Positions 1 to 8,500 of a stretch of 64,000 nucleotides of DNA are shown here, piece by piece. The DNA is from Bacteroidota bacterium (GTDB lineage Bacteria > Bacteroidota > Rhodothermia > Rhodothermales > JAHQVL01), in the NCBI GenBank assembly GCA_039111535.1, contig JBCCIM010000008.1:2984-66983 (forward strand), in the 5' to 3' direction. The stretch's first letter is position 1; every line of letters begins with the position of its first letter. Made by a program: the position numbers and the translations under genes. Under the pieces are notes generated by a model. That model made no database searches, was not told the origin of the DNA, and saw only the letters and a list, made by a program, of their open reading frames with translations.

Positions 1-2
1 AC

Positions 3-1454
3 TACCCCGCCGGCACCCGCCTGTTTGCTGTTAACGCCACGGATGGCACGGCAATCACTGCTTTCGGTGAGAACGGCAGCATTAGTATGGGCGACAACCT
101 CAGTCGTGATATCGGCGACAAAACAGTGAGTCTGACCACTCCGCCTGTAATTTTTGAAGACCTGCTCATCGCCGGCTCCTCGGTATCCGACAACAACAAC
201 ACGCTACCCAATCCCCCGGGCGATATCCGGGCGTTCAACCTCCACACGGGTGAACTGGCATGGACCTTCCACGTGATCCCGCATCCAGGAGAATTTGGTT
301 ATGACACATGGCCCCCCGACGCATGGAGTACTGTTGGTGCTGCCAACTCCTGGGCCGGCATGGCCCTCGACGAGGAGCGCGGTATCGTGTACGCACCGAC
401 AAGTTCACCCGCCCCGGAGCACAGCGGCGGCGTGCGCCCCGGAATGAATCTGTTTGGTAATTCCATCCTCGCGTTGGACGCACGGACCGGCGAGCGGGTC
501 TGGCACTTCCAGGTTGTTCACCATGACATCTGGGACTACGATGTTGCTGCCCCGCCCAATCTTGTTACGTTTGAGCACGATGGCGTCACCTACGACGCAG
601 TGGCGCAAACAACCAAAGTAGGGATGCTGTTTGTATTGGACCGCGATACAGGTGAACCGATATTCGACATTGAAGAACGCCCTGTGCCGCAAACAACGAT
701 GCCGGATGAGCAAACCTGGCCCACGCAGCCGTTTACCACAGAAATCCCACCATATACAAAGCACGGTTTTACCGAAGCCGATATCACGGATATAAATCCC
801 GAAGCAACTGCATATGTAAAAGAAACCTACTTTGATAAATTTGGGCCAGCGGTCATCTTCCAGCCCCCAACTACGCAGGGGATGTTCATGATGCCGCAGT
901 TTAATGGGGGGTCTGATTGGGGAGGCGCTGCTTTCGACCCTGAAACGGGCATCCTCTACATCAACTCGAGCGAAGAGCCCGAGGCCATCACCATGCTGCC
1001 GGCACCGCCTGATGCCAAACACGACCTGCCATTCGAGGCCAGCGGCCACGATGAAATCTACGACCCAGAAGGCTTCCCGGTATCAAAACCGCCCTGGGGG
1101 CTCTTAAACGCTATCGATCTAACGCAGGGTGACTTTGCCTGGCGCGCTACCCTTGGCACGTATCCAGAACTGGAAGCACGCGGCTTTCCACCAACGGGTA
1201 CGTTCAATTTCGGCGGCCCTATTGTCACGAAAGGGGGCCTCGTATTCATCGGCGCTACCCGCGATGAGCGCTTCCGGGCCTTTGACAAAGCTACTGGAGA
1301 AGTACTCTGGGAATTCCAACTGCCTTATGCCGGCTACGCAACCCCAGCAACCTACATGGTTGACGGCAAGCAGTATGTTGTCATTGCCGCAGCCGGCGGT
1401 GGTATTCCTGGCACCGAATCAGGCGATGTGTACATGGCTTTTGCGCTGGAATAA
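3..1454 (+). CDS. PQQ-dependent (quinoprotein glucose dehydrogenase-like) beta-propeller enzyme, 5' truncated by window edge
   Basis: Frame is open from base 3 (YPAGTRLFAVNATDG...) into the 87..1454 ORF. Motifs GDIRAFNLHTGELAW, WHFQVVHHDIWDYD, PPWG, GGPIVTKGGLVFIG and YMVDGKQYVVIAAAGG are typical of PQQ glucose/quinate dehydrogenases. Confidence 0.9.
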   Translation, partial: YPAGTRLFAVNATDGTAITAFGENGSISMGDNLSRDIGDKTVSLTTPPVIFEDLLIAGSSVSDNNNTLPNPPGDIRAFNLHTGELAWTFHVIPHPGEFGYDTWPPDAWSTVGAANSWAGMALDEERGIVYAPTSSPAPEHSGGVRPGMNLFGNSILALDARTGERVWHFQVVHHDIWDYDVAAPPNLVTFEHDGVTYDAVAQTTKVGMLFVLDRDTGEPIFDIEERPVPQTTMPDEQTWPTQPFTTEIPPYTKHGFTEADITDINPEATAYVKETYFDKFGPAVIFQPPTTQGMFMMPQFNGGSDWGGAAFDPETGILYINSSEEPEAITMLPAPPDAKHDLPFEASGHDEIYDPEGFPVSKPPWGLLNAIDLTQGDFAWRATLGTYPELEARGFPPTGTFNFGGPIVTKGGLVFIGATRDERFRAFDKATGEVLWEFQLPYAGYATPATYMVDGKQYVVIAAAGGGIPGTESGDVYMAFALE

Positions 1455-1482
1455 TGCTATTTACTCAATCCCTCAACTGGCC

Positions 1483-2262
1483 TTAGCCCCGCGTTTTGCG
1501 CCGGCGCTCACGCAACTTGGCCTCCGCTTCCTGTAGCGCATCAGGGAGGTCAAGTTGCGCCTCTGTAGTATTGGGTTCAGCATCTGGGTCTTCCAGCTCC
1601 ACCATGTCCTCCAACACACTAACCAGCTTTTTTGCAGCGCGTTCTTTTCGTTTAACGATGCCACTAAAAACAGCATAGGCACCGAGCAACCCCAGTGTCA
1701 GACAGATGGAAGCCAGCATAAATGCGAGGCCGGGATACCCATTTCCCAGGGCAACAATGGCCGGCATCAAACTGAGCATCGTGGCCGGCAAAAAAGTGGC
1801 CAACACCACGCGCGGATAGGTCCAGAACATGCGCACCTTTGTCTGCCCATTTTGAGGCAGCACGGTTACCTGGAGACTGGAACGCTCACTCGTATGCGTC
1901 CATTCCAGGGACTTCCCCACCTGCCCAGACCGCCCGACCATCCCAAACGCCTCGCCAATTTGGGCAATCACTTCGGGATACCTCGACTCATCAACCTCGC
2001 CAGGAATGACACGTTCGATATGCATCGAGGTAGGGACATTGATCAACCGCTTCCTCTTGCCAGGCTGTTCACCCCGCTCCATCTCTCCTGCCGCGGCAGC
2101 AATCATTTTGGGGTCAAACCCGGCTTCTGACGCAATCTCTTGCAACTCTTCCAATGAAAGCCCAAGCGTTTCTTCCGGACTCTCCGTAGCCTGCATTTCG
2201 CCGGCACGCTTGAGAATTGCGCTAACTTCCTGATCGCTGTACAGGCGGGATTTCGGCATCAA
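1483..2262 (-). CDS. hypothetical membrane protein (N-terminal helical domain, two C-terminal TM helices)
   Basis: 259-aa ORF; N-terminal YSDQEVSAILKRA...LSLEELQEIASEAG helical motif, two hydrophobic segments near the C-terminus; convergent with the PQQ gene. Confidence 0.75.
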   Translation of the reverse strand: MMPKSRLYSDQEVSAILKRAGEMQATESPEETLGLSLEELQEIASEAGFDPKMIAAAAGEMERGEQPGKRKRLINVPTSMHIERVIPGEVDESRYPEVIAQIGEAFGMVGRSGQVGKSLEWTHTSERSSLQVTVLPQNGQTKVRMFWTYPRVVLATFLPATMLSLMPAIVALGNGYPGLAFMLASICLTLGLLGAYAVFSGIVKRKERAAKKLVSVLEDMVELEDPDAEPNTTEAQLDLPDALQEAEAKLRERRRKTRG

Positions 2263-2347
2263 ATAATCTCGACTACTGGCTTTTAAACAACGTGTATTCC
2301 TAGTTTACCCGCTGATCCTAACGAATTCAACTGAATCTGTAAATTAC

Positions 2348-3163
2348 ATGAAGCAGTTTGAGCATCAAAATATCATAGTAACCGGCAGCACCAGTGGCGT
2401 TGGAGAAGCTACGGCCCGTTTATTTGCGGCACGCGGTGCTAGCGGCATCTTGATTACGGGCCGGCACGAAGGCAGAGGCCAAAAGGTAGCCAACGACTTG
2501 CAAGCTGCCGGCTGCAACGCTGTTTTTGTTAAAGCAGACCTGGAGCATGTCGCGGACTGCAAGCGCATCGTCTCGGCGGCTGAGGAAGCGTTTGACAAAA
2601 TACACGTACTGGTCAATGCAGCAGCACTCACCGCTCGCGGCTCCATATTCGACTCTTCTGTTGAGCTATGGGACAAAATGATGGCGATCAATATGCGGGC
2701 GCCGTTTCTCCTTATGCAAGGCTGCATCGCAAACATGCGCCAACACAAAATAGAAGGCGCAATTGTAAATGTCTTAAGCGTTGCTGCCCACGGTGGTCAA
2801 CCCTTTATCGGTACCTATTCCGCTTCGAAAGGTGGCCTCGCGGTGTTCACCAAAAATACGGCGTACGCAACGATGCGATACCGCATCCGGATTAACGGCT
2901 TAATGCTGGGGTGGACTGACACACCTTGGGAGCATGATATTCAGATGAAATACCACACCGATGATCTGGATTGGCTCAGCAAAGCGGAGGCAGATTTACC
3001 TTTTGGCCGGCTGATCAAACCGGAAGAAGCCGCGCGCACCATTGCCTGGATGGCTTCAAGTGAATCCGGTATGATGACTGGTTCGCTGATCGATTTTGAC
3101 CAGAGTGTCCTGGGCGCCGGCAACGTTTCACGGCCAGTTGAAGGAGAATTGGGCACCTCTTAA
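2348..3163 (+). CDS. SDR family oxidoreductase
   Basis: TGSTSGVG Rossmann motif, VNAA, catalytic YSASK. Confidence 0.92.
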   Translation: MKQFEHQNIIVTGSTSGVGEATARLFAARGASGILITGRHEGRGQKVANDLQAAGCNAVFVKADLEHVADCKRIVSAAEEAFDKIHVLVNAAALTARGSIFDSSVELWDKMMAINMRAPFLLMQGCIANMRQHKIEGAIVNVLSVAAHGGQPFIGTYSASKGGLAVFTKNTAYATMRYRIRINGLMLGWTDTPWEHDIQMKYHTDDLDWLSKAEADLPFGRLIKPEEAARTIAWMASSESGMMTGSLIDFDQSVLGAGNVSRPVEGELGTS

Positions 3164-3250
3164 CCATTCGAGGTACGTATTCCCCCTTATTACCGTGTAT
3201 ATTTACACAACCCACCTGTATTCTTGACCATCAACAAAACGGAGTAGTTT

Positions 3251-4048
3251 ATGTCCTTTAGTATCAAAAAATGGCCATCTGTCACCAGGGTATTGCTTGC
3301 ACTGGTGTGCGTGATCCTTGCCGGCTGTTCGGGTGGTGTCCAGCTTACCAGCAACAAGCTGGACCGGGAGGTAGCCATTGATGGCGTTGAGACAGAATGG
3401 ATGGGGGCCTTGACCGTTGTACCCAAAGAAGACTTCTCCGTAGGCCTGCTCAATGATGATGAGCACCTCTACATCTCATTCATTACCGGCTCACCTAAAG
3501 TCCAGCAGCAAATTGTCATGCAAGGGCTCATGATATGGTTTGATCGCGAAGGCGGTAAAGGCAAAAGCGTCGGTATCAAATTTCCGATTGGCCTTTTCTC
3601 TTCTGACATCAACCTGAATACAGCAGCGCTCGAACAAAGTCCGGAGTTGATCGAAAGCTATTTCAATGAGTCGCTCAGCCACTTTGAGTTGTTTGACTCA
3701 GCAAAAGAACCAGGCGCAAAATATACGCGGCAGGAGTTATCGGGCCTTGAAATGAATGCCAATCTCGAAAATGGCTCTTTTGTGTATGAGTTAAAAATCC
3801 CCCTTACGGGCGACCACGCCTATACAGTTAGCCCTTACACGGGCAATCAGTTGGGAATTATCATCGAAGCACCGAAGCTGGATGAAGAGGAGATCGTAGA
3901 ACAAATTGAAGCAGCTGATCGCGGTTCGGCAACCAGAGGCGGTGGACTTGTTGGCAATACAGGCTATTATGGCAACGCACTATTAGGCGCGAGCATGGGA
4001 GGTGCCACCAACTTCAAATATAAAACAACCATGTTGCTGGCAGACTAA
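3251..4048 (+). CDS. hypothetical lipoprotein, possibly CBM9/DOMON-like beta-sandwich
   Basis: Lipobox ILAG-C after a hydrophobic stretch; 'VAIDGVETEW' resembles the IDG..dEW start of CBM9/DOMON-like domains (inference). Confidence 0.7.
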   Translation: MSFSIKKWPSVTRVLLALVCVILAGCSGGVQLTSNKLDREVAIDGVETEWMGALTVVPKEDFSVGLLNDDEHLYISFITGSPKVQQQIVMQGLMIWFDREGGKGKSVGIKFPIGLFSSDINLNTAALEQSPELIESYFNESLSHFELFDSAKEPGAKYTRQELSGLEMNANLENGSFVYELKIPLTGDHAYTVSPYTGNQLGIIIEAPKLDEEEIVEQIEAADRGSATRGGGLVGNTGYYGNALLGASMGGATNFKYKTTMLLAD

Positions 4049-4097
4049 TTTTTTACGCTTTGCAAGACGCCTCCGCACTGCATCTTTAAAACAGAAG

Positions 4098-4131
4098 AAG
4101 CCGTACAGCAAACACTGTACGGCTTTCTTTC
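4098..4131 (+). terminator. intrinsic terminator after lipoprotein gene
   Basis: Perfect 11-bp stem AAGCCGTACAG/CTGTACGGCTT, 6-nt loop, followed by TCTTTC. Confidence 0.7.
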
Positions 4132-4178
4132 TAGCTCTGACCAGGTCATGGACCTGACATATCGCCAAATGGGTACGT

Positions 4179-4472
4179 GCGCCCGACCCACTGAAACACA
4201 CGCACCCAATTTGGCAAAAGGCCCGAGGGGAAGATGTCCGCGCCCGACCCACTCAAACGCTTTCATCCAGCCTCGGATGTAAAAGGTCCGAGGGTTTAAA
4301 TGTCTGCGCCCGACCCACTCTAACGCACACATTGACCTCGGATGGAAAAGGTCCGAGGGGAAGATGATTGCGCCCGACCCACGTAAACGCGCACACCGAC
4401 CTCGGATGGAAAGAGGTCCGAGGGGAGATGATTGCGTCCGACCCACGTAAACGCGCGCACCATCCTCGGATG
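4179..4472. repeat. tandem array of five ~61-66 bp units (last one partial) with an internal hairpin; REP/BIME-like
   Basis: GCG(C/T)CCGACCCAC recurs at 4179, 4240, 4306, 4370, 4434. Units 2-4 carry CCTCGGA-N9/10-TCCGAGG; unit 1 has a degenerate version and unit 5 only the left arm. Confidence 0.9.
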
Positions 4473-4688
4473 TTAGTAAGGAAAACAACCAGGGAGCTTG
4501 TCTGACCCTAAAGACGTGCGCCACATGTTGTTTGAGATTTCCGTATCCCAATTCCTAGAATTTCAATTCGATCAAAGAGCAGCTGAATCCAGTTCTTTTC
4601 ATCAGCATCTGTCCACAATAGAATCGAACTTTGTGCCATTTGCAGGATCAGGGCGTGCCAGAATTTTCAAATGGTATATCTCGCACAC

Positions 4689-4726
4689 AAAAAAACGCCC
4701 TTTTTGGCATCAAAAAAGGCGTTTTT
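4689..4726 (-). terminator. intrinsic terminator for the minus-strand coiled-coil/OmpA operon (possibly bidirectional)
   Basis: AAAAACGCC-C-TTTTTG GCAT CAAAAA-A-GGCGTTTTT; on the minus strand the stem is fully paired with one G-U and is followed by a U tract. Confidence 0.7.
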
Positions 4727-4899
4727 AGAAAAAAAGGAATTTATCTTTACCGGCGAGTCAAGCAAATTTACACAGGCAAATTGACTGTATTATTTTGCAA
4801 CATTCCAATTTCACCGACAATCCACTGTATAAAAAAAGGACAAAACAGTGTTTGATTTTACGCTTCCACAAGGCGCTAAACACAGCATTTATGCCGTGA

Positions 4900-6732
4900 T
4901 TATTGCAGCACTACATCAAAGGTAACGCTACGATTCAGTGCGCGCTGGGCTTCTGAAGTCTCTGTGCCCGGTATAAGTTGATCGCCCTCACCAACGGCAG
5001 AAAACAAGCCGGCCGGCATGCCTCGGGCAACAAGGGCATCCCGTACGATACGAGCACGTGCGGCACTCAAGAGGGCATTGGTGTTTGGATTTCCTTCAGC
5101 ACTGGTATACCCTCTCAACAATACAGCAAGCTGCTGATTACGCGCAGCGCTAATCGTCTGAAGTGTTTCCAGCGCATCATAGACGCTATCGATCTGCTGT
5201 AATTCTGCGCTGTTTAACACGGCAGACCCTTGGCCAAACTGTACAGTTGCTGCTTCTATGGCTTCAATTGCTGCCTGGAGATCTGCATCAAGTGTGGACA
5301 CCACGCGGCTGTCGTCATATCCCGAGAATCCAAGGATAAAGGGAGATTTTTCTCTTGCGTTTTCAATCCATGAATTGGTGGCCGTCCCTGCGACATATAA
5401 TGTATCTTTCTCCAACATGAACGCAATAGACTCGGGCGCCCTCAGTTGGTTTGTAGCGCGCTTTATAATAATCAATGAATCAAGTGCCAGATAAGACTCC
5501 CACATACCGACAACCCTGTCCTGGGGAAAAGCAGATGGCAACAAAGAATCTGGATGCACCGCCATCGGGTCTTTGAGTCCTTCAACAATAAATTGCCCTT
5601 TTTCCCACGACGTCTGGGTGACAACAAGTCCCGGTTCATTGCGCAATGTTTCGAGGTACTCGTTCCAAAGCAGGTAATTGCGAAACCCCCATATCAACCA
5701 CACTGAAAGCAGCAACAGCAGCACGCCGGCGACGAACCAGAGTCGGTATGGGTTGCGGTCTTTGCGTTTATACTTTTCCAGCAAGCCGGCACGCATCAGG
5801 GGCAGCACGGGGGTCAATTGCTCTGTATCTCCCTCAAAATCATCGAGCAAGTGTCCATATTGCAAATGGATTGCTTCAATGATTTCTTTGAGCGTCAGAT
5901 TCAAATCACCCGCAGGAATGCCACGTACTACAGCTGCAAGCACAGCGTCCGGCCCCGGCTCCATCAATACTGTCAGTTCGCCAATCTTAATCGTTTCGAG
6001 AACATCCTCCCGTTCAGCACCCAGTGAATCCCGCACAAAATCCTGGATCGCACTCAACATACTCGAAACCAGGTCACTGTCTTTTACATCAACAGTTTCA
6101 GCAAAAAGGTGTTGTATCAGGATGCCACTTCGCTTGTCAATAAGGAAAAGCTGCTCAACTCGGTAATTTAGCGTATGCGCTAGCATTACCTCAGAGAACG
6201 ATCGCCCCGACCGTGCAGCTTCCATGCGCCACTTGAAGCTCTGAAACGACAGGCTATGCTCCATGGTGCGGTTCATGGAATCGATAACAGAGCGGAGTGC
6301 TTCCGCAATACTGCGTCGAATTGCAGGGCCAATTACGGGGAAAATAGCATCAGCAAACGGCTTTGGGTCGCGCCGTATGGAGATGCGAAGGGTCTCCTCT
6401 ATTGTAGGACCAAGTGCATTGGCCAATTGGGCGTTATCCTTGTTATGATAGGCAATAGCTCCAGGGAGCACCCGGCCCATTGCATCCACCTGTCCTTCTT
6501 CTTCAAACTGGGCAACAGAACTGAGGCGCTGCTGCAGGCCTTCAATTTGTTTGCCTTCACTCCCGATCAGCAGTCGACGTAGCTCATCCATGTCGCGGTC
6601 ACGGCTCTGTGTCCGATCTGGCTCACTTGCACGCTGCCCATTGGGCTGTGCTCCATTAGCCGGCGCTTCATGGTCAGAAGCAGCGGAAGTATCATCCGCA
6701 TTGGTGGGGTTATTTGAAGAATCTTCAGTCAT
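4900..6732 (-). CDS. trans-envelope OmpA/MotB-family protein: cytoplasmic helical region + longin-like domain, one TM helix, periplasmic region ending in an OmpA-like peptidoglycan-binding domain
   Basis: 610 aa; GGAGGT SD before ATG; TM LWFVAGVLLLLLSVWLIWGF (aa 331-350); C-terminal OmpA motifs VQFGQGSA, LRGYTSAEG, LSAARARIVRDAL, NRSVTF. Confidence 0.88.
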   Translation of the reverse strand: MTEDSSNNPTNADDTSAASDHEAPANGAQPNGQRASEPDRTQSRDRDMDELRRLLIGSEGKQIEGLQQRLSSVAQFEEEGQVDAMGRVLPGAIAYHNKDNAQLANALGPTIEETLRISIRRDPKPFADAIFPVIGPAIRRSIAEALRSVIDSMNRTMEHSLSFQSFKWRMEAARSGRSFSEVMLAHTLNYRVEQLFLIDKRSGILIQHLFAETVDVKDSDLVSSMLSAIQDFVRDSLGAEREDVLETIKIGELTVLMEPGPDAVLAAVVRGIPAGDLNLTLKEIIEAIHLQYGHLLDDFEGDTEQLTPVLPLMRAGLLEKYKRKDRNPYRLWFVAGVLLLLLSVWLIWGFRNYLLWNEYLETLRNEPGLVVTQTSWEKGQFIVEGLKDPMAVHPDSLLPSAFPQDRVVGMWESYLALDSLIIIKRATNQLRAPESIAFMLEKDTLYVAGTATNSWIENAREKSPFILGFSGYDDSRVVSTLDADLQAAIEAIEAATVQFGQGSAVLNSAELQQIDSVYDALETLQTISAARNQQLAVLLRGYTSAEGNPNTNALLSAARARIVRDALVARGMPAGLFSAVGEGDQLIPGTETSEAQRALNRSVTFDVVLQ

Positions 6733-6792
6733 GCTACCTCCTATTATAGCGCAACAAACGCTAAGGAGCTATGATAACGGCACACTAGCGCC

Positions 6793-7383
6793 TTATTCTG
6801 CTGCGCCGTTGGGCGCAATTTCATTTGCGAGACTGGTCAGCATGTCAGCAAACTTGCCGCGATACAGCGCACTTTGCTCCAGCTTCAATAGTGCCTGACG
6901 TAATTCCTCAGATAGGTCCTGCATATTTTCCTGCAGGTTTTGCTCAATTTCAGCGCGTTCTTCTTTCATTGCATTTTTGAACGCGGTATCCACGCTATCG
7001 AGGCGAGATTCCTGTACGGCCTTAAAGGCATCCATCGTTTCGCTCACTTTACCCAGCTCCTTTTTAAGAGCGTCTCGCTGGTTTTCGCGGTTATTGGTCT
7101 CTTTGCCCAATAATTCGAGCATTTCATCAAACTGCGCTTTAAACCGTTCTTCCATTGCCTCCAGTTGCCCGCCCACATCTGTACGGAGGGTATCGAGTGT
7201 TTTGGCCACTCTGCCTTCGAGCGCATGCATACGCTCCTCATATACTTTTATCTGTTCGCCAAAAAGTATACTGCGGACTTTTTCGAGTTCACCCATGTGC
7301 GTGTTGGTCGTTTCTCCGGGGTCTTCTTGAATGACAGTTGACAGCTCAGATTCGTCTGTCGGCTTACCGTTATTTGTAGCCAT
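6793..7383 (-). CDS. coiled-coil protein, co-oriented with the OmpA-family gene
   Basis: 196 aa, E/K/L/A/Q-rich heptad pattern across most of its length; 60-bp gap to the OmpA gene. Confidence 0.85.
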   Translation of the reverse strand: MATNNGKPTDESELSTVIQEDPGETTNTHMGELEKVRSILFGEQIKVYEERMHALEGRVAKTLDTLRTDVGGQLEAMEERFKAQFDEMLELLGKETNNRENQRDALKKELGKVSETMDAFKAVQESRLDSVDTAFKNAMKEERAEIEQNLQENMQDLSEELRQALLKLEQSALYRGKFADMLTSLANEIAPNGAAE

Positions 7384-7412
7384 AAAGAGAGATGAATAAA
7401 AAGAGGACGCAA

Positions 7413-7453
7413 TTGATCAAATATATTGATCTTTTTGCTTTCTCAATGAGAAA
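7413..7453. promoter_or_regulatory. two adjacent inverted repeats in the divergent control region
   Basis: GATCAA-ATATA-TTGATC (7415-7431) and TTTCTCA-A-TGAGAAA (7439-7453), 30-70 bp upstream of the coiled-coil gene start. Confidence 0.4.
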
Positions 7454-7884
7454 AAAGCGTAGCAATGGCTGAAAATAACGCGTTTTTCGATTTAAATTGC
7501 AGAATTACCCATTTTCAGCTGCGGCATAAGGCACCTTTGCGTCAAATAAAGGTTCCAATACACTTAGCTTATGCTTATATAACAAAACCTGGCATTAGCT
7601 TTCGTCGATTGCGCGGGTACACGTGTACGTGCAACCATGAGGCGCAAACAGGCCTTATTTCATGTATCGCCTGACGAAGCGGGTTTATTTAAGTGACATC
7701 GTCACGTTTATCATGAATTTCTAACCCCTGTTGCAAAAAGTTTTTTATTCCGACAATTTGTTTTATTTTGCTACAGCATTTTGCGACACGGCCCACCTCC
7801 CTGTTGGATAATTAAAAAATGCACGCAGTCAGGAAAACAATAGCATATCCTGTTCAAGCTTCAGGTCCCCTACAGTATTAAACC

Positions 7885-8379
7885 ATGAAGAAGAAAATTT
7901 GTATGCTGGGCACGTTTGCAGTGGGCAAAACAAGTCTGGTACGTCGTTATGTACAGGGGATATTCTCTGACAAATACCTGACAACTATGGGTGCCAAGGT
8001 CGACAAAAAAATTGTCGATTTTGAGGGTAAAAGCATCAATTTGATGCTCTGGGACCTGAATGGCGAGGACCGATTCCAGGGATTATCGATGAACTACGTC
8101 CGGGGAACTGCCGGCTACCTGCTCGTCATCGACAGCACGCGCCGCTCTTCTTTCGAAGCAGCGCATTTACTGCAGCAAAAAGTTGAGCAAGAGTTGGGTC
8201 CCCTGCCTTTCATCGTTGTTTTCAACAAGACGGATTTGAAGACCCCATGGGAGAATCAGGACCGTGAAATACGCCAGCTTGAAGAAAGTGGCTGGACAAT
8301 CATGTACACCAGTGCCAAAACGGGCACGGGAGTTGAAGAGGTCTTCGAAACCCTCACACAAATGATTATGAACGCGTAG
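7885..8379 (+). CDS. Rab/Ras-like small GTPase (prokaryotic Rup type), single domain
   Basis: 164 aa with G1 GTFAVGKT, G2 YLTT, G3 WDLNGE, G4 NKTD, G5 TSAK; no C-terminal Cys lipidation tail. Confidence 0.93.
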   Translation: MKKKICMLGTFAVGKTSLVRRYVQGIFSDKYLTTMGAKVDKKIVDFEGKSINLMLWDLNGEDRFQGLSMNYVRGTAGYLLVIDSTRRSSFEAAHLLQQKVEQELGPLPFIVVFNKTDLKTPWENQDREIRQLEESGWTIMYTSAKTGTGVEEVFETLTQMIMNA

Positions 8380-8500
8380 TTTTTTGGTTTCTCCTTGCAA
8401 ACACACTTAGCAGGTATTTCGGTCGCCCAGGTATTAGCGACCAAACGCCCTTTCAATATGCAGGACTGAAACCATTGAATTGAAACCTGCGGTAAATACC

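Noticed and set aside
4179-4472. CRISPR array
   Set aside because: The inter-repeat segments are similar to each other rather than unique spacers, and no cas genes are present.
4179-4472. type III toxin-antitoxin repeat antitoxin
   Set aside because: No toxin-like ORF follows the array on either strand.
4045-4551. 168-aa minus-strand ORF
   Set aside because: Translation of the tandem repeat (recurring WVGR) running across a terminator; no protein-like features.
8413-8430. sigma-54 -24/-12 promoter before the kinase (AGGTAT-N5-TCGC)
   Set aside because: GG/GC spacing fits but the flanking consensus (TGGCAC, TTGC) is poorly matched; expected by chance.
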